Part shown: in pieces, positions 60,149 to 64,000 of the stretch | Layout of the letters: every line of letters begins with the position of its first letter | Numbering within the stretch: the first letter of the stretch is position 1 | Assembly (NCBI GenBank): GCA_049519355.1 | Contig: JBEKQV010000001.1 | Span: 193 to 64,192, forward strand | Reading direction: 5' to 3' | DNA: 64,000 nt | Origin: Candidatus Microgenomates bacterium | Lineage (GTDB): Bacteria > Patescibacteriota > Microgenomatia > UBA8517 | Made by a program: the position numbers and the translations under genes | The notes under the pieces: model-generated | Told to the model about the DNA's origin: nothing | What the model saw: only the letters and a program-made list of their open reading frames with translations | The model's database searches: none

Positions 60149-60157
60149 ATTGTAGCA
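60149..60157 (-). promoter_or_regulatory. Extended -10 (TGCTACAAT) 7 nt before GTG; leaderless-type
   Basis: TGCTACAAT-tgagctt-GTG in a 20-bp gap. Confidence 0.55.
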
Positions 60158-60161
60158 CTAA

Positions 60162-60908
60162 TTAGACCTTATATTTTCCCTGAAGAGCGTTAAGACGGAC
60201 CAAGATAAGCCCCCTAAGCCCTTCGATTGAGTCCTTAATCGGGTCAACTTTTGTTCCCTCTTTGTGATGCCAGTCAACCGGAACCTCGGCAATTCGGTAA
60301 CCAAGCTTTCTGGCAACGTAGAGAATTTCCAGATCAAATCCGGCCGTAACTGAGGCTCCAGTATTTTCACTCGTGGCATTGAAAATTTCCAAGCGCTTAA
60401 AAATCCCTTCGGCAGATGAATTGGTAAACGCCTTAAAGCCACACTGGGTGTCTTTAAACGGAAGTCTCAAAATTAAAAGACGAAGAAGGGAAAATCCCGA
60501 AGCCATGATTTTACGAATTAGCGGTGCCCCTTCCCTTCCGTGGCGGGAACCGATAACGACATCGTAGCCCTCTTTAAATTTCGGCAAAACCTTTTCAAGC
60601 TGATCTATCGGCGTCGCCTGATCGGCGTCGGTAAATAAAATTATGTCGCCTCTTGCTTTAAGCATACCGGCAATCACCGTTCCACCTTTTCCCCTGTGAG
60701 GTTCAGTCAAAACCGAAAAATTATTGTGTTTTTTGGCAAAATCTTCCGCAATTTTTAATGTAGAGTCCGTTGAGCCGTCATCGACAAACAGAATTTCCCA
60801 GGAGTATTTTTGTTCTTTGAGATAATCGTAAACGGAATCCAGAACTCCTGTTCGCAAGTTATATTCTTCATTGAAGGCCGGTATAACAACGCTTAAAAAC
60901 GGTTTCAT
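60162..60908 (-). CDS. Dolichyl/polyprenyl-phosphate beta-glucosyltransferase-like GT2 (ALG5/DPG synthase-like)
   Basis: SVVIPAFNEE, VDDGSTD, GKGG.V..GML.ARG, FTDAD.AT, GSR, DTQCGFK.FT, FDLE, EVPV.W. Confidence 0.85.
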   Translation of the reverse strand: MKPFLSVVIPAFNEEYNLRTGVLDSVYDYLKEQKYSWEILFVDDGSTDSTLKIAEDFAKKHNNFSVLTEPHRGKGGTVIAGMLKARGDIILFTDADQATPIDQLEKVLPKFKEGYDVVIGSRHGREGAPLIRKIMASGFSLLRLLILRLPFKDTQCGFKAFTNSSAEGIFKRLEIFNATSENTGASVTAGFDLEILYVARKLGYRIAEVPVDWHHKEGTKVDPIKDSIEGLRGLILVRLNALQGKYKV

Positions 60909-62410
60909 TTTGTATATAACGTCCTTTCCCTTTCTTGAACCGTGATTCCGCCAAACGAAACCTGCTTGATAACTTTCCCGATTCCTTTTTGCCTACCAAG
61001 CCAAGCCTGAAGCCGCTCAGGATGCGGCGGGTCAACTTCATATAATGTAAATAGAAGTGGAATTTGCTGATCAACCGGCAGCTTATGATACTTTGTGGTT
61101 CCAAGCCATTCAAACAAATAATTATATGAGTAGGGAATTACGGGCGGGACATATTCATCAACATTAAAATTCTGCGAACCTGCATTTTTGTAAATCCAAT
61201 CTATTGCTTCCTCTTGATTAACCAAGCAGATACTCTCCGTCCCTTGGCAAGTGTCGTGAATCCTCCCCCAAACAACAGGAACGTTATTGATATAAAAAAG
61301 AAAGAAAAAACAAAGCACAAAAACCACACCGATGATTTTCAACTTCCAAATTCTTCCCAATACAATTGCAAAAAGCAAAATAAAAATCAGGTAATAACCG
61401 GTCATGTAATAGTCATATAAAATTCCGTAATTTCCCTGATAAAAATAAAGTCCGACAACTGCAGATAACAAAAGAAGTAAAATTACATTTACCTTAGTGT
61501 TCTTAATTAGTTTTGGTAAAAACGCCAAAAATGAAATTCCTGTAATTACCATTACCGCGGAATTAAAATTATTTCCAGACTGGAAAATTTTGTTTGTAAA
61601 AATATTAACGTAATCTGAAGTCCTGGATTTAATGAAAACCCAACTTGGCATTCCAAAGCTTCCGCTACCCATACCGAAAGTCCCAAATAAATTATGCAAA
61701 AGAATATGTTGATGTTTAATATCAAACAAAACAAGTGGCGCAAATGTCAGAAAAAATAAAATTGCTGATAAAATAAAATTTTTTAAATCAGGTCGATTTT
61801 TCCACTGCCAGATTAAAAAAATCGCCAACGCAGGAAAGTAGAAAAACTCACCTGAAGAACCAAAACTAAAAAGTGATAGTCCCGCAACCGTGGCAATAAC
61901 CGGCCAGCCCCACTTTTTTCCTTCAGTCACTTTAATCATTGCCCAAACCAATACTAAAGAAAGCAGAAGCATCGGCGTGGGATTACTTAACCAGCGGGAG
62001 GCCAAAACTATATTAAATGAAAATCCGGCAATAATTGCAGCTATTATTCCCGTAGTTTTATCCTGAATTTTCGTCCCAAGGTGGTATATCAACCAAACCG
62101 CAACCACTGTGGTAAATGCCAAAAATACAAACGGCAAAATCGGACTCCCGTGTCCTATCCAATAAAATGGTGCAAGAAGATAATAATAATAAGGCGCTCT
62201 AAAAATTCCGGGCAGCCCTGTGGTTGGACCTATTAAGAAAAATTTGTGGTTGTAAATAAAATCCCAAATGACCAAAGCATCGCGGCCCTGATCGTAATAA
62301 AAATTTAAGATTTGATTAACTCTAAAAACCCTGAGGATAAAAGCACCAATTAAAATAATAGAAATTAAAATATTCTGAACAGAAAAAATTTTTTTAATCT
62401 TTTTTGGCAT
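60905..62410 (-). CDS. GT-C glycosyltransferase family E
   Basis: FYYDQGRD, LIGPTT...PYYYYL, SRWLSNP, YDYY. Confidence 0.8.
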   Translation of the reverse strand: MPKKIKKIFSVQNILISIILIGAFILRVFRVNQILNFYYDQGRDALVIWDFIYNHKFFLIGPTTGLPGIFRAPYYYYLLAPFYWIGHGSPILPFVFLAFTTVVAVWLIYHLGTKIQDKTTGIIAAIIAGFSFNIVLASRWLSNPTPMLLLSLVLVWAMIKVTEGKKWGWPVIATVAGLSLFSFGSSGEFFYFPALAIFLIWQWKNRPDLKNFILSAILFFLTFAPLVLFDIKHQHILLHNLFGTFGMGSGSFGMPSWVFIKSRTSDYVNIFTNKIFQSGNNFNSAVMVITGISFLAFLPKLIKNTKVNVILLLLLSAVVGLYFYQGNYGILYDYYMTGYYLIFILLFAIVLGRIWKLKIIGVVFVLCFFFLFYINNVPVVWGRIHDTCQGTESICLVNQEEAIDWIYKNAGSQNFNVDEYVPPVIPYSYNYLFEWLGTTKYHKLPVDQQIPLLFTLYEVDPPHPERLQAWLGRQKGIGKVIKQVSFGGITVQERERTLYTK

Positions 62411-63383
62411 ACTTTCTAACTGCTTCCAGAGCTTTTTCTACTGCTTCGTCAAAAGCCACATCTCTAATTATGGCAGCCGCTGCTTGTTTGTGACCACCAC
62501 CTCCGAGAGCCTCAGCTGCTTCTGAAATATCAAAACCTTCTTTTGCCCGCAAACTAACATTCAAAAAGTTTTTCTTCTCTTCAACCATTATTATTCCAAA
62601 ATCAGCATCCGCAATTGAAGAAGCGAAAAGGCTAGCTGCCATACTTTTTACTCCACTTGAATCTGGGTAAAGAATAACCGTTTCATAGGGAATGGCCGAC
62701 CAGATAAACCGATGTTCCTTATCAATCTTTATATTTTTTAAAACCTCACCAAGCAGCTTAATCTGATCCAAACTTATATTCCGATATAAATTGAGGATTA
62801 TTTTGTTCTTATCACCACCCAGCTCCATAAGTCTCGCCATTGTTTTAGCTGCACCAACATCAGCCCAAGGATGCTGTAATGAAGAAGTATCGTAAATAAG
62901 CCCAGCTAACAAATCCTCAGCAATTTCTTTTGTAATTTTAACTTCCCAATCAGAAAAAAGCCTAAACAATATTTCTCCTGTCGAACTTCTTTCAAAGTCT
63001 ACAAGGTTAATTTCACCAAGCTTTTTATTTGTACGATGGTGATCAATAATAATCTTTTTAATTTCTGGAATTTTTTCTTTGCCATATCCTGCTACTTGAG
63101 ACCACTCCGAAGAATCGAGAATCAAAAATAGATCAAAGGCTGAAAAGTTAAACTTATCAAAATCTATTTTTTGTATAGATTCGGATGAGTTTAAAAATTT
63201 GGAATCAGACGAAACATTATTGGGACAAATTACTTCTACAGACTTACCCATATGCATCAGAACCCTCCGCATAGCTAATGCGCTTCCTACACTATCAGGA
63301 TCAGGGCTTCTGTGACAATTGATTAAAATCTTATTTGCCTTTTTAATTTCCGCCAATATTTTGGTCGATTCTTTGTAATTCAT
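62394..63383 (-). CDS. nrnA: DHH/DHHA1 phosphoesterase (bifunctional oligoribonuclease/PAP phosphatase NrnA-like)
   Basis: HRSPDPDSVGS, LDSS, IDHH, SSTGE, GLIYDT, SLRA, GGGGHKQAA. Confidence 0.88.
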   Translation of the reverse strand: MNYKESTKILAEIKKANKILINCHRSPDPDSVGSALAMRRVLMHMGKSVEVICPNNVSSDSKFLNSSESIQKIDFDKFNFSAFDLFLILDSSEWSQVAGYGKEKIPEIKKIIIDHHRTNKKLGEINLVDFERSSTGEILFRLFSDWEVKITKEIAEDLLAGLIYDTSSLQHPWADVGAAKTMARLMELGGDKNKIILNLYRNISLDQIKLLGEVLKNIKIDKEHRFIWSAIPYETVILYPDSSGVKSMAASLFASSIADADFGIIMVEEKKNFLNVSLRAKEGFDISEAAEALGGGGHKQAAAAIIRDVAFDEAVEKALEAVRKYAKKD

Positions 63384-63392
63384 AATTTAAAA

Positions 63393-64000
63393 CTATTGTG
63401 TGTGCACCAGTTTGTATATTATAACGCCGTCCAACGGCCAACTGCTGTCTATTTTACTCCAACCAAAACTTGCTATTTGGGATTTGGGATTATGAGTCGG
63501 GTCACATTTACTGGTAGGAATAAGTTCGCACACGGCAAATAGCTGATTCGCAAAAGTAGAAGGATTAGTTGCATCAATTTCCAAAACTTTTCCACCGTAA
63601 AGTTCTACAAAATACTGATACCCTGCTTCATAGTTCGTATCGGCAATAACCGCCAGATTCATAGGCTTCCCAGCAGCTTCTTTAACTATTAGTCTTGCCA
63701 CATCTTCACTTCGTTGCAAAAGCCTATTGGGTTCTTTTCTTAACGGGTTATTAACTATGTTGATTCCAATCAAATACAAAAGAAGTAAAACCCCCAACCA
63801 TTTGATAATTTTTCCGCCGGACAAAAGCATGGAGATGATACTCCCTATTAAAAGAAACGGCACAACAAACATAAAACCGAGATAATGGTCATAAATATTT
63901 TCTTTATAAAGACCAAGGCCAATTAGACCAAAACCAAGCCAGGAAAAAATAAGCCAATACTGATTGGCAAGTTTTAAACTTTTCCTCTTTAAGTAATTTC
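63393..64000 (-). CDS. GT-C glycosyltransferase family E, 3' part (5' end outside window)
   Basis: The frame stays open upstream of the track start to the window end (...GLGLYKENIYDHYLGFMF...), matching GLYFYQG..LYDYY in 60905. Confidence 0.7.
   Translation of the reverse strand, partial: NYLKRKSLKLANQYWLIFSWLGFGLIGLGLYKENIYDHYLGFMFVVPFLLIGSIISMLLSGGKIIKWLGVLLLLYLIGINIVNNPLRKEPNRLLQRSEDVARLIVKEAAGKPMNLAVIADTNYEAGYQYFVELYGGKVLEIDATNPSTFANQLFAVCELIPTSKCDPTHNPKSQIASFGWSKIDSSWPLDGVIIYKLVHTQ

Noticed and set aside
3091-61743. Numerous 60-145 aa ORFs nested in or antisense to long genes
   Set aside because: No recognisable motifs, and they are fully explained as alternative frames of well-supported CDSs.
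1-64000. Alternative genetic code (TGA=Gly) as in some CPR lineages
   Set aside because: Genes are full length under code 11, and TGA serves as the stop in many ATGA overlaps.
1-64000. CRISPR arrays, tRNA/rRNA, IS elements, prophage
   Set aside because: Coding density is near complete with intergenic gaps under about 100 bp; no spaced repeats, RNA gene signatures or mobile-element proteins seen.

Overview
The window is almost entirely one ~64 kb cell-surface glycosylation locus, mostly on the minus strand and tightly coupled (many ATGA overlaps). Gene content and style suggest a Patescibacteria/CPR (Microgenomates-like) genome, which is an inference. Positions 1-13.7 kb hold a nucleotide-sugar/ABC-export module: pseB, a pseC-pseF fusion, a NeuB/PseI synthase, two tandem class I methyltransferases, an NDP-hexose C-methyltransferase, two FkbM methyltransferases, wzm/wzt, GT2 and an epimerase. 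Positions 13.8-64 kb hold about 25 multi-TM GT-C-type glycosyltransferase-like genes, 18 of them consecutive (22.8-51.5 kb). These sort into paralog families: PMT/ArnT-like DE-motif, STT3/AglB-like, PTPS-related/YfhO-like and DQxRD types. Interleaved are three polyprenol-phosphate sugar synthases (one with a DUF2304 partner, one ALG5-like), an ALG11/ALG2-like GT4, three WaaE-like GT2s, a Wzx-type flippase, fcl and nrnA. The best candidate for an undescribed system is this lipid-linked, extracytoplasmic glycan assembly line, possibly for protein glycosylation. I saw no rRNA, tRNA, CRISPR array, transposase or integrase. All family calls come from motif recognition by eye; no searches were run.
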